DNA from: Bacillota bacterium
GTDB taxonomy: Bacteria; Bacillota; Clostridia; Christensenellales; Aristaeellaceae
Direction: 5' to 3'
Length of the DNA: 64,000 bases
Assembly (NCBI GenBank): GCA_023415715.1
Contig: JAEZJP010000206.1
Span: 16,949-80,948, forward strand
The notes under the pieces are model-generated. The model saw only the letters and a program-made list of their open reading frames with translations, ran no database searches and was not told the DNA's origin. Position numbers and translations under genes: made by a program. This document shows positions 25,118 through 33,842 of the stretch, piece after piece. Each line of letters starts with the position of its first letter. Position 1 is the first letter of the stretch.

Positions 25118-25477
25118 GTGCGGGAAGCTACAAACATGGATTTGAAGGCGGCTGTGATGCCGGGCACGGTTGTATTGCGGTACATCCTGACGCGGGAGCA
25201 GGTTGAGGAACTGGCGGACAAGCTGCCCAGCGCCATCAAGACGCAGCGCAAGGTGGTAAAGCACATCATCGGGGAAATGAAACGGATGGCGGAGGGTGAC
25301 ACGCTGTATATTGAAGCCGTTTCTGCCGATGGGAAAACAACGGTCGGGCTTCACCGGATCACCAATGTCAAGGGCAGCGTGGCGATTAAAGAGATCCAAA
25401 GCGATTTGCCGCTGAATGTGGTGCGGAGGTATCTGGCGGTCAAGGGGATCGTGCACAGTGACGAGATATGCGCATGA
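25118..25477 (+). CDS. hypothetical protein
   Basis: GTG start 8 nt after AGGAGG. No domain recognised. Confidence 0.5.
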   Translation: MREATNMDLKAAVMPGTVVLRYILTREQVEELADKLPSAIKTQRKVVKHIIGEMKRMAEGDTLYIEAVSADGKTTVGLHRITNVKGSVAIKEIQSDLPLNVVRRYLAVKGIVHSDEICA

Positions 25478-25608
25478 AAGCAAAAAAAGAGCCGTCCGGC
25501 GTGTAGAGAGCGCCGGGCGGCAGATAGTTCGGGAGCAAGCGTTAAGCCCCGCTTTCATGATGATATCACAGACATTTCGATAAATCAACCGTGACCGGAG
25601 GTAACAGG

Positions 25609-26271
25609 ATGATTACACGCAGGGAATTGCTGCTGGATCAGCTGGCCATGGTGACAATGATACAGCAGATGCTTTCGGACCACTGGACGGCCAATATGCC
25701 AACGGTGGGAAGTGAAGGCCCATGGGAAATTGAACGGAGCCGGGCGCGGATCCTGCGGGAATGGGTACAGGAGATGGACGCCGGGGTACCGAGCGAAAAA
25801 CCGGATGTATGGGTAAAGCGCGTCAGCGTTTTGAAAAACGGCCTTGTCATATCGGAGGCCATCAGGCGGAGGCTTTGCATCCACGGGGAGTTGAATGAGC
25901 CCTTTGAGTTTTGCCGGGGTGCATGGGAGCGGGAAGCGGACAAGGAGACCATGATCCTTATTTGGATTGAGGAAATCAATAAGGACCTCCAGGAGGCGGG
26001 CGCACATGAAATGGGACATGGGGAGAGGTCCGGTAACGTGGAGGATGTCGGAAGGGCAAGCGCGGCTGACGGTGGTAAGCCACAAGCCGCTGCAATGGAA
26101 GCCCATGGGATGGATGGAAAGGCTGGCGCGGTGGGTGCTGGGCAGGGTGGGAGGATACGGAACGTGGAGATAGGGTCCGGGAAAGGGGATCGCTTCTGCG
26201 GAAGCGATCAGGGCTTTCCTAACGCCCTGGACCTTCGGAAGGATGCCTTTGAGCAGGTGAGGATGATATGA
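25609..26271 (+). CDS. hypothetical protein
   Basis: ORF 25591..26271. The ATG at 25609 follows GGAGGT. No domain recognised. Confidence 0.5.
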   Translation: MITRRELLLDQLAMVTMIQQMLSDHWTANMPTVGSEGPWEIERSRARILREWVQEMDAGVPSEKPDVWVKRVSVLKNGLVISEAIRRRLCIHGELNEPFEFCRGAWEREADKETMILIWIEEINKDLQEAGAHEMGHGERSGNVEDVGRASAADGGKPQAAAMEAHGMDGKAGAVGAGQGGRIRNVEIGSGKGDRFCGSDQGFPNALDLRKDAFEQVRMI

Positions 26272-26582
26272 CGAATGCGGAAGCGGTCGCCTACACCAGC
26301 CGGCCGGGCGTTCGGGACCGGATACGGGAAATGCATGAACGGAAGCTGAGCGCCCGGATGATCGCCATTGAGATCGGAATCACAAGGGACAGGACCAAGA
26401 TGATTACCGCCATTCTCAGGGACATTTTCGGGGTAACGGAGAGCAAGCGCATCATGTGCGGGGAATGCGGGGATTTCAAGCCGGATGACCATCGCACAGG
26501 ATGTACGCGGTGCGGGATATGCAAAAGAACGGGCGCCAGGGTGGAACGGTGCAGCTGGTGCCGGGTGGAAGGAGCGCAATAG
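26268..26582 (+). CDS. HTH plus Cys-cluster small protein
   Basis: LSARMIAIEIGITRDRTKMI is HTH-like. The C-terminus has CGECG...CTRCGIC...CSWC. Confidence 0.5.
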   Translation: MTNAEAVAYTSRPGVRDRIREMHERKLSARMIAIEIGITRDRTKMITAILRDIFGVTESKRIMCGECGDFKPDDHRTGCTRCGICKRTGARVERCSWCRVEGAQ

Positions 26583-26583
26583 C

Positions 26584-27408
26584 ATGGAAATGATACAGAT
26601 ACTTCGGGAAATAACGGATGTTCAGGATTTGATTCAGGGATCGCCTGCCGGAAAGCTGCTGGATGATACAGCGCAGAAGATCAAACAGGAAATCGTGCGC
26701 AGCACAATTAAAGCCGGGCAGCGCCAGCAGTATAACGCCGTCCTTTCGTTCGCCAAGCATTGTGCTGGATCACCCAGGGAGGCAATGGCAGGCGCCTATA
26801 TGGCGGATATTTATGGTGAACCGCACCAGGTTATGATTGATGGGTTTGTTGCCATAGCCTTCATCAAACCGTGGGAAGGGCTTCCGGAAGTAAAGAAGGG
26901 AGTAAAGCCTATTGACGCCGCGGCGGTCTATGAGGGTGCGAACAAGGGAATGCCCACTCCACTGCCGGACCTGTATGAGATGATCGCCGCCAATAAGGTT
27001 TACAAGGCGACGGAGGGAAAATTCGATTCATCGATTACAAAGATTGGGATCACCTATGCCAACACCGACTATCTGATCCGGATCATGAAGATGCTCAACA
27101 TCACAGGTGGGGAATGCCTGGTTAATAAAACTGTGGGGCCTATCTACTTCGAGACATATCAAGCCAAGGCGCTTGTGCTGCCGGTCAAAGTATTCGGGGA
27201 CGGGAAGCCTTTGACGCTGCCGGGAAATTCAGACGCAAAATGGCGGGAATGGATAGGGAACATGGTGCCGGTTCAGGCTGCCACCGCCATGGGGAACGCG
27301 CTCCTGGCCACGATGCTGCCCAATTGCATGGGGGACTGGCATTGGGATGTGGACGGGAATGAGCTATGGGTGCGGCCGGAGTATCACCGGATAGAGAAGG
27401 CGGTGTGA
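26584..27408 (+). CDS. hypothetical protein (possible sliding-clamp-like segment with a C5-methyltransferase-like tail)
   Basis: ORF 26485..27408. The ATG at 26584 follows GGAAGGAG. YANTDYLIRIMKML..GGECLVNKTVGPIYFET..ALVLPVKV resembles a DnaN C-terminus. GNMVPVQAATAMG resembles motif X of C5 methyltransferases. Both calls are pattern-level only. Confidence 0.55.
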   Translation: MEMIQILREITDVQDLIQGSPAGKLLDDTAQKIKQEIVRSTIKAGQRQQYNAVLSFAKHCAGSPREAMAGAYMADIYGEPHQVMIDGFVAIAFIKPWEGLPEVKKGVKPIDAAAVYEGANKGMPTPLPDLYEMIAANKVYKATEGKFDSSITKIGITYANTDYLIRIMKMLNITGGECLVNKTVGPIYFETYQAKALVLPVKVFGDGKPLTLPGNSDAKWREWIGNMVPVQAATAMGNALLATMLPNCMGDWHWDVDGNELWVRPEYHRIEKAV

Positions 27409-27410
27409 CC

Positions 27411-29921
27411 ATGGACGATTATATGAAGTTTCTTGAATCAAAGATGGTTATTGCCGCCGATTCGGGTTTTGAGATTGACCGGGACCAGCTGAACCCGGCC
27501 CTGAAACCCCATCAAAAGGATGGCGTATGGTGGGCGCTCAAAGGCGGGCGCCGGGCGCTGTTTGAAAGCTTCGGGCTGGGAAAAACCGTGCAGGAACTGG
27601 AATGGTGCTATCAAGTCATCAAGCATGAAGGCGGACAGGCGCTGATCGTGCTGCCGCTGGGAGTGCGTCAGGAATTTGTGCGGGATGCGGTGGAACTGCT
27701 GCGCATGGATCCTCCCGTGTATGTGCGTACCATGGCGGAGATAAAAGCCTGTAATGCTCCCATCCTGATGACCAACTATGAGCGGGTGCGGGATGGGGAT
27801 ATTGATCCTGCCTATTTCACGGCCACCTGTTTGGATGAAGCCAGCGTGCTGCGCAGCTATGGAAGCAAGACCTATCAAATCTTCCTGGACAAGTTCCGGG
27901 GCGTGAAATACAAGCTTGTGGCGACCGCGACGCCAAGCCCAAACAGGTATAAGGAAATCATCCATTATGCCGGATACCTGGAGGTGATGGACACCGGGCA
28001 GGCGCTGACGCGGTTCTTCCAGCGGGACAGCACCAAGGCCAATAACCTGACGCTGTACCCGCATAAAGAGGAAGAGTTCTGGTTGTGGGTCTCCACCTGG
28101 GCGCTGTTCATTACCAAGCCCAGCGACTTGGGCCATGATGACACGGGGTATGTGCTGCCGCCGCTGGAAATCCGGTACCACGAAATCCCGGTAGACCACG
28201 GGACGGCCGGCACAGATAAATTCGGCCAGGTCAAATTGATCAGGGATGCCGCCATGGGATTAAAGGATGCCGCCAAGGAGAAGCGGGAAAGCATCGACAT
28301 CCGGATTGCCAAGATGATGGAGATCGTGGAAGGGGCACCGGAAGATCATTTCTTGCTATGGCATGACCTGGAGGCGGAAAGGCACGCCATCAAACACGCA
28401 ATGCCGGAGGCGGTGGAGGTTTACGGAAGCCTGGACCTGGATATCCGGGAACAGCACATCATTGACTTTTCCACCGGGAAAATCCGCCTGCTTGCCACAA
28501 AAAAAGAGATCAGCGGGCAGGGCTGCAACTTCCAGCACCATTGCCACCGGTCCATCTTTGCAGGGATCGACTTTGAGTTCAACGACTTCATTCAGGCAAT
28601 CCACCGAACGTACCGTTTCATGCAGATGGAAAAGGTCATCATCGACATCATTTACATGGAATCGGAGCGGGAGATACTGAAAGCGCTGCTGGAGAAGTGG
28701 CGCAATCATGACGCCATGCAGGCGAAGATGGCGCAGCTTTTGCGGCGGAACGGGTTGAACAATAAGGCCATCATTGAGCGGATGGGCAGGAGCATCGGTG
28801 TAAAGCGCGTGGAGGCGCAAGGGCGTTATTTCAAGGCTGTTTTGAATGATTGCATCCTGGAAACGGGTCAAATGCAGGAAAACAGCGTGGACCTGATCAC
28901 CACCAGCATTCCTTTCAGCAATCATTATGAATATACCCCGTCGTATAACGACCTGGGCCACAACGAGGACACGGAAAAGTTCTTCGATCAGATGGACTTC
29001 CTTGCGCCGCACCTTTTGCGGGTATTGAGACCGGGGCGCATCTATGCCTGTCACGTCAAGGACCGTATATTGTTTGGAAATGCCACAGGTACCGGCATGC
29101 CCACGGTGGAGCCCTTCCATGCGCTCACTATCATGCACTATATGAAGCACGGGTTTCAGTTTATGGGGCAGATCGTTGTGCTGACGGACGTGGTGCGGGA
29201 GAACAATCAAACCTACCGCCTGGGATGGAGCGAACAGTGCAAGGACGGAAGCAAGATGGGCGTCGGGTGCCCAGAATACATCCTCCTCTTTCGCAAGCTG
29301 CCAAGCTGCCGGGAAAAGGCCTATGCGGATGACCGGGTAAGAAAAACCAAAGAGGAATACACCAGGGCGCAATGGCAGATAGATGCGCACGCATTCTGGC
29401 GCAGCAGCGGGGACGTACTGATTTCAAAGGAGGAGCTGGCGAGGGTGCAGGTGGACAGGCTGCAGGATGTTTTCAGGAAGTACAGCCGTGCAAACGTGTA
29501 CAGCTACCAGGAGCATGTGGAAATCGCCAAGCAGCTGGACCAGATGGACAGCCTGCCGGCCACCTTTGCGGTGGTGGCGCCGGGAAGCTGGTCGGATGAA
29601 ATATGGGATGACATCAACCGCATGCGGACATTGAACAGTGAACAGGTACGTGGCGGCCGGCAGATGCACGTATGCCCGTTACAGTTAGATATTGTTGACA
29701 GGCTCATCAACCGTTACAGCAATCCGGGGGATGTGGTGTATGACCCGTTTAGCGGGTTGATGACGGTACCTGTGCGGGCGGTGGCGCTGGGAAGGTACGG
29801 CATCGGGTGCGAACTGAATCCGGATTATTTCAGGGACGGGGTCGGGTACCTGAAGGAAGCGGATGCGGAACGGGGCATGCCGACGCTGTTTGACTTCATT
29901 GACGTGGGGAAGGGGGCGTGA
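27411..29921 (+). CDS. SNF2-type helicase fused to an N6/N4 DNA methyltransferase
   Basis: Helicase motif I GLGKT, motif II LDEAS, and motif VI-like QAIHRTYRF. Methyltransferase motif IV is TSIPF and motif I is VYDPFSGLMT (beta-class order). Confidence 0.85.
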   Translation: MDDYMKFLESKMVIAADSGFEIDRDQLNPALKPHQKDGVWWALKGGRRALFESFGLGKTVQELEWCYQVIKHEGGQALIVLPLGVRQEFVRDAVELLRMDPPVYVRTMAEIKACNAPILMTNYERVRDGDIDPAYFTATCLDEASVLRSYGSKTYQIFLDKFRGVKYKLVATATPSPNRYKEIIHYAGYLEVMDTGQALTRFFQRDSTKANNLTLYPHKEEEFWLWVSTWALFITKPSDLGHDDTGYVLPPLEIRYHEIPVDHGTAGTDKFGQVKLIRDAAMGLKDAAKEKRESIDIRIAKMMEIVEGAPEDHFLLWHDLEAERHAIKHAMPEAVEVYGSLDLDIREQHIIDFSTGKIRLLATKKEISGQGCNFQHHCHRSIFAGIDFEFNDFIQAIHRTYRFMQMEKVIIDIIYMESEREILKALLEKWRNHDAMQAKMAQLLRRNGLNNKAIIERMGRSIGVKRVEAQGRYFKAVLNDCILETGQMQENSVDLITTSIPFSNHYEYTPSYNDLGHNEDTEKFFDQMDFLAPHLLRVLRPGRIYACHVKDRILFGNATGTGMPTVEPFHALTIMHYMKHGFQFMGQIVVLTDVVRENNQTYRLGWSEQCKDGSKMGVGCPEYILLFRKLPSCREKAYADDRVRKTKEEYTRAQWQIDAHAFWRSSGDVLISKEELARVQVDRLQDVFRKYSRANVYSYQEHVEIAKQLDQMDSLPATFAVVAPGSWSDEIWDDINRMRTLNSEQVRGGRQMHVCPLQLDIVDRLINRYSNPGDVVYDPFSGLMTVPVRAVALGRYGIGCELNPDYFRDGVGYLKEADAERGMPTLFDFIDVGKGA

Positions 29922-29925
29922 GGGC

Positions 29926-30372
29926 ATGAAGCTTGTCAAGTGCCACAAGTGCGGGGCCACAATCATCAGCGATGAAACGCTGCTGCAAAACATCATGGAC
30001 AAGATCGACTGGTGCTATCAGCAGGCCGAACGTGCCAAAACGCCTTCCCTTCGCCATGAATACACCTGCATGGCCACAACGTACCAAGTGATCTTCAAGG
30101 CATTCATGCACAACATTTCAGCGCAGGAACGGGTAAAGCATGAAGATACAGAAATATTGACGCAGCTGGTGAAGTACATCCACGTACAAGGCATGATGAC
30201 CGATGAGCAGCTGAACGCCATCAGGACAAGCGCCAGGGCAGCAGCGCACAGGAAAATAGAAGAACACTCCAAAGAGACCGCCCGCCTGTACGGAGATTTT
30301 GAGGCTGCATGCAATAGAACCATGCGGGATCCTACAGCAAGGCAGGCAATTCGCAGGGTCGACAGGATGTAA
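29926..30372 (+). CDS. hypothetical protein
   Basis: ORF 29863..30372. Start moved to MKLVKCHKCG. No domain recognised. Confidence 0.5.
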   Translation: MKLVKCHKCGATIISDETLLQNIMDKIDWCYQQAERAKTPSLRHEYTCMATTYQVIFKAFMHNISAQERVKHEDTEILTQLVKYIHVQGMMTDEQLNAIRTSARAAAHRKIEEHSKETARLYGDFEAACNRTMRDPTARQAIRRVDRM

Positions 30373-30386
30373 GGGAGGCACACAAG

Positions 30387-31067
30387 ATGAAAATCAACCC
30401 TATCAAAGCCATCTGCAAGCAGGCCCGCAGGATCATGCTGATCAATGGGCCGGATGGAAGCCAGTGGATAGGCGTGCCGGGCGCGTTCTACGCGGTAGAC
30501 CGCGGACTTCCGTTAGACAAGCACAACGTTTGCGCCCTATTCGACTTTTCAGAGGATGAGGCGCGGGCTATCAGAATCCTCCAGGAGGATACGGGGGATT
30601 ACCGCTTCCGGCGCGATCCCATCATGGGAGAAGGGCAGCCGTGCGGGAGGGTGCCCCTGTCGGTGAACGTCATGGGCAGCACCTACATGCCGCTGTACAC
30701 ATCCGCGGGGATGCTGATGATCACCACCGATAAGTTAAAGCCCGTGGAGCGCCGGAACAAGACGCTGGAGTTTTACATACGGCAGGCGCCAGGCGTGACG
30801 CTGATGCTGGCCATCTACCGGGACATGGAGGATGTCGCCGCGCTGATCGAGCCGGTGAAGTTCAGCGAGGCTGAGGAAGCGCTGCAAAAGGTGCATATGG
30901 CCTATGGGTTTGATATCAGGCTGCGGGACACCGGGGAGCGCACGGCGGAGGATGGCATAGATATCAGGCAGGTGGAAATGCCGGGGATACCGCCCAAGGG
31001 TAAGGGGGACGCCGGGGCGGAGGATATGCGGAACGCGGAAGAAGGCGGGGAGGGTGAGGAAGGATGA
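30387..31067 (+). CDS. hypothetical protein with acidic Gly/Glu tail
   Basis: Long ORF in operon context. No domain recognised. Confidence 0.55.
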   Translation: MKINPIKAICKQARRIMLINGPDGSQWIGVPGAFYAVDRGLPLDKHNVCALFDFSEDEARAIRILQEDTGDYRFRRDPIMGEGQPCGRVPLSVNVMGSTYMPLYTSAGMLMITTDKLKPVERRNKTLEFYIRQAPGVTLMLAIYRDMEDVAALIEPVKFSEAEEALQKVHMAYGFDIRLRDTGERTAEDGIDIRQVEMPGIPPKGKGDAGAEDMRNAEEGGEGEEG

Positions 31068-31393
31068 ATAAGGCAGATTTGACGCCGGATAAGGCCGCTG
31101 AATTGCTTGAAGCCATAATCACGCCTGCGGAAAGGTATGGAGAGCCTTTTCCCATATGCCCGCGTGATGCTATGCGTGTTCTGCTGGATGGGTACCATCG
31201 GAATGAGCTTTACAAAGATACTATTGTGCAAAAATTCTATGATCTTGAACAGCAGCAAGACAAATTTATGAAAGAGTACCCAAAGCATGAAGAGCTCCAC
31301 AGGACAAAAAGAAACACCTATATTGACGCGGGGTTTTGGGCAAAGCGCCTATGGAGTGTACAGAAGCCTTCAGGGGAGGTGGAGGAATCATGA
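31064..31393 (+). CDS. hypothetical protein
   Basis: Its start overlaps the upstream stop by 4 nt. No domain recognised. Confidence 0.5.
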   Translation: MNKADLTPDKAAELLEAIITPAERYGEPFPICPRDAMRVLLDGYHRNELYKDTIVQKFYDLEQQQDKFMKEYPKHEELHRTKRNTYIDAGFWAKRLWSVQKPSGEVEES

Positions 31394-31701
31394 GCATTTG
31401 CGATACCTGCAAGAAGCGGACCTACTGCAAGACGAAATGCCGGCAGCACCGGGAAGAAGCGGAAAGAAGGCAGCGGGCCTTGTACTATCAGATAATGGAT
31501 AAATTGGGGAGACTTGCACCATCGGTGAAGGCATTGCATTCGGAATTGTTCATGGGAGGCAATAACGACCTCCTTCCGCCGCCTGCGGGCGGCACCTCCC
31601 TCCAGAGGGAGGCTGGGGACACCTCATCCGCCGCTGCGGCGGTACCTTCCCCTCAAGGGGAAGGCTTTGAGGGAGGATGCTTGATGAACGGGGAGGTGTA
31701 A
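31390..31701 (+). CDS. small Cys-rich protein whose ORF reads through two hairpin repeat units
   Basis: MSICDTCKKRTYCKTKCRQH... is plausible for about 55 aa. The remaining roughly 45 codons are the translation of repeat copies 3a and 3b. Confidence 0.4.
   Translation: MSICDTCKKRTYCKTKCRQHREEAERRQRALYYQIMDKLGRLAPSVKALHSELFMGGNNDLLPPPAGGTSLQREAGDTSSAAAAVPSPQGEGFEGGCLMNGEV
31569..31673. repeat. double-hairpin repeat units, copies 3a and 3b (tandem)
   Basis: CCTCCTTCCGCCGCCTGCGGGCGGCACCTCCCTCCAGAGGGAGGCTGGGG followed by ACACCTCATCCGCCGCTGCGGCGGTACCTTCCCCTCAAGGGGAAGGCTTTGAGGG. Confidence 0.75.
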
Positions 31702-31708
31702 GTTAGAT

Positions 31709-32104
31709 ATGAACACACCCAAGTTCGAAAAAAGGGAACCAAGGCCCTATGATTATCAGGAGATGACCTGGGGGAAATTCATTCAGCTCTTTGCATGGGC
31801 AAAGGAAGCTGTAAAAGAAATAGGCTTCCCGATTTACCTTGTGGGATCAGTTTTACATAAAGAAGTTCCCAGGGATTTTGATATTGTTATTGAGATACCC
31901 GAAAATACATTTCAGGAATTGTTTGGGGATCTGACAGAAGAAAACTGGGAACGGATTTTAACAAAATCAGCTGGTAGATTCCATAAGCATTATTGGGACT
32001 GTCAGAAATGCTTTGGTGAAGAAGGCTTTGTTCCATTGGATTGGAAGGTGTATCCGGACAATTGGTTTTCAGGTAACGACAAACTTTTATTGGCAAAACC
32101 ATAA
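31709..32104 (+). CDS. minimal Pol-beta-fold nucleotidyltransferase
   Basis: LVGSVLHKEVPRDFDIVI matches the hG[GS]-x9-13-DhDh signature. 131 aa. The segment is AT-rich by eye. Confidence 0.55.
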   Translation: MNTPKFEKREPRPYDYQEMTWGKFIQLFAWAKEAVKEIGFPIYLVGSVLHKEVPRDFDIVIEIPENTFQELFGDLTEENWERILTKSAGRFHKHYWDCQKCFGEEGFVPLDWKVYPDNWFSGNDKLLLAKP

Positions 32105-32118
32105 GGGAGGCACGGAAG

Positions 32119-32955
32119 ATGAACAAAACCAAGATTGATTGGGCGGATATGAGCTGGAACCCTATCACCGGATGCCACCATAAGTGCGCGTACTGCTATG
32201 CGGAAAAGATCGCCAAGCGTTTCGGGAAGATGATGCCGGACCTATCTCCATATCCGCGAATGTTCAACGGGTGCCACATGCTGGAGGGCGGGCCCATCGA
32301 TGGGAATCCGTATCCCTGGCTGTTTGAGCCGACTTTCCACGCTCACCGGATTGATGAACCGATGATGGTGACGGATCCGCAGGACATTTTCACCGTTTCC
32401 ATGGGCGATATGCTGGGGGACTGGGTACCGAAAGCGTGGCAGGAAGAAGTGCTGGCCACTATCCGAAAAGCCTACTGGCATAGGTTCATTATCCTGACCA
32501 AGAACACCATGGGGTATGTGAAGCTTGCACAGCAGAACATGACCTGGCCGGACAACGCCTGGGCCGGGTTCAGCGTCACCACGCAAAAGAGCCTGGAGGA
32601 ACAGGCCTTCGGGATGACCTGGGCACCAAAGAATTGCCTGATTTCCATTGAGCCAATTCATGGACCAATTGACCTATCTGCCGTGCAGGTGCCGGGGAGA
32701 TGTGTAACGCTGGATATGCTGAAAGGAATGCGGTATTGGTTTGGCGGCGGGGAACCTGGAAGACCGGCATTGAAATGGGTCATTATCGGGGCCGAGACGG
32801 GAAACAGGATAGGCAAGGTGATCCCGGACCGACGCTGGGTGATGAGCCTGAAAAGGCAGTGCCATATGGCAGGAATACCACTATTCATGAAAGATAGCCT
32901 TCGGGATCTGATGGGCGCAGACTTTGAGCAGGACAAGCCTTGGAAGAAAGGGTGA
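32119..32955 (+). CDS. phage Gp37/Gp68 (DUF5131) family protein with CxxxCxxC motif
   Basis: The N-terminus MNKTKIDWADMSWNPITGCHHKCAYCYA is the family hallmark. C-HHK-C-AY-C has radical-SAM-type cluster spacing. Confidence 0.8.
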   Translation: MNKTKIDWADMSWNPITGCHHKCAYCYAEKIAKRFGKMMPDLSPYPRMFNGCHMLEGGPIDGNPYPWLFEPTFHAHRIDEPMMVTDPQDIFTVSMGDMLGDWVPKAWQEEVLATIRKAYWHRFIILTKNTMGYVKLAQQNMTWPDNAWAGFSVTTQKSLEEQAFGMTWAPKNCLISIEPIHGPIDLSAVQVPGRCVTLDMLKGMRYWFGGGEPGRPALKWVIIGAETGNRIGKVIPDRRWVMSLKRQCHMAGIPLFMKDSLRDLMGADFEQDKPWKKG

Positions 32956-32961
32956 ACAAGC

Positions 32962-33399
32962 ATGCCGATACTAAATTACACAACGAAGGTGGACGCCATC
33001 ACAACCATGGGAGAGATCAAGATCATCCTGCGCAAGCATGGCGCCCGCAAGATCCTGGAAGAGTTCGCCCAAGACGGGACCGATGACGGCCGGGTGGAGG
33101 CGCTTTCGTTCACCATCATGACGCCGGACGGAGAAAAGGGATTCAAGCTGCCGGCTAATGTATCCGCGGTGTACACGGTGCTGCAAAAGCAGAAGGTCAA
33201 GTGCGATTGGGAGCAGGCTGAGCGCGTCGCGTGGAGGATCATCAAAGACTGGGTGGCGGCGCAGATGGCCATCCTGGAGGCGGAAATGGTCACGTTGGAA
33301 GAAATATTTTTCCCCTATCTGCTGGACGCCGCAGGAGAAAAGACGCTGTTTCAGGCATACAGGGACAAGCAGTTGCTGTTGGGAGGGGCGAAGGTATGA
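32962..33399 (+). CDS. hypothetical phage protein
   Basis: Operon context. No domain recognised. Confidence 0.55.
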   Translation: MPILNYTTKVDAITTMGEIKIILRKHGARKILEEFAQDGTDDGRVEALSFTIMTPDGEKGFKLPANVSAVYTVLQKQKVKCDWEQAERVAWRIIKDWVAAQMAILEAEMVTLEEIFFPYLLDAAGEKTLFQAYRDKQLLLGGAKV

Positions 33400-33836
33400 G
33401 CAGGATCAAATATGGTGACGAACATCATGGGACGGAATATCCAAACTTCTGCCCGGATTGCGGAACAATCAAAGGCGGTTATCACGATCTGGGGTGCGAC
33501 GTGGAGCAGTGCGATACATGCGGCGGGCAGCGGATCTCCTGCGAATGCCATTCGGTGGCTGATACTAGGTATGAGGCCTTGACCATGGTGATCGAGGAAC
33601 GCGACAGGCAGGATGCAAAATGGGGCCAGCAGGATCATACACCGGCTGTTTGGGTAGGAATCCTGGGTGAAGAGTTCGGGGAATACTGCCAGGCTGTCAA
33701 TGAAACCGTGTTCGACAATGGGCCGCAGGAACGCGCAAAAGGCGGAATTGAGAACATGAAGAAGGAACTGTCCCATGTTGCCGCCGTGGCTGTCGCTCAC
33801 ATCGAATGCCTAATCAGGAACGTCGGGGAAGGGTGA
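33396..33836 (+). CDS. MazG-like all-alpha NTP pyrophosphohydrolase with N-terminal zinc ribbon
   Basis: ORF 33231..33836. Start moved to MSRIKYG (ATGA overlap with the upstream stop). Contains CPDCG...CDTCG, then ERDRQDAKWGQQDH...ILGEEFGEYCQA (EExGE metal-binding motif). Confidence 0.65.
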   Translation: MSRIKYGDEHHGTEYPNFCPDCGTIKGGYHDLGCDVEQCDTCGGQRISCECHSVADTRYEALTMVIEERDRQDAKWGQQDHTPAVWVGILGEEFGEYCQAVNETVFDNGPQERAKGGIENMKKELSHVAAVAVAHIECLIRNVGEG

Positions 33837-33842
33837 GCAGAG

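Noticed and set aside
28356-29390. 344-aa antisense ORF inside the helicase-methyltransferase gene, and similar long antisense ORFs at 27438..28199, 40141..41004, 40665..41387, 42256..43347, 46351..47025 and 50659..51537
   Set aside because: They lie opposite genes with strong motif support. Their products are low-complexity, and they reflect GC-rich codon composition only.
23079-31673. Whether the double-hairpin units are a CRISPR array
   Set aside because: The copies are not regularly spaced with unique spacers of similar length. They occur singly or as adjacent pairs kilobases apart and diverge in sequence. No cas genes are present.
33396-33836. Z-genome (2-aminoadenine) pathway suggested by the MazG-like gene
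   Set aside because: No PurZ-like adenylosuccinate-synthetase homologue or DatZ-like dATPase is visible in the prophage. MazG alone is not diagnostic.
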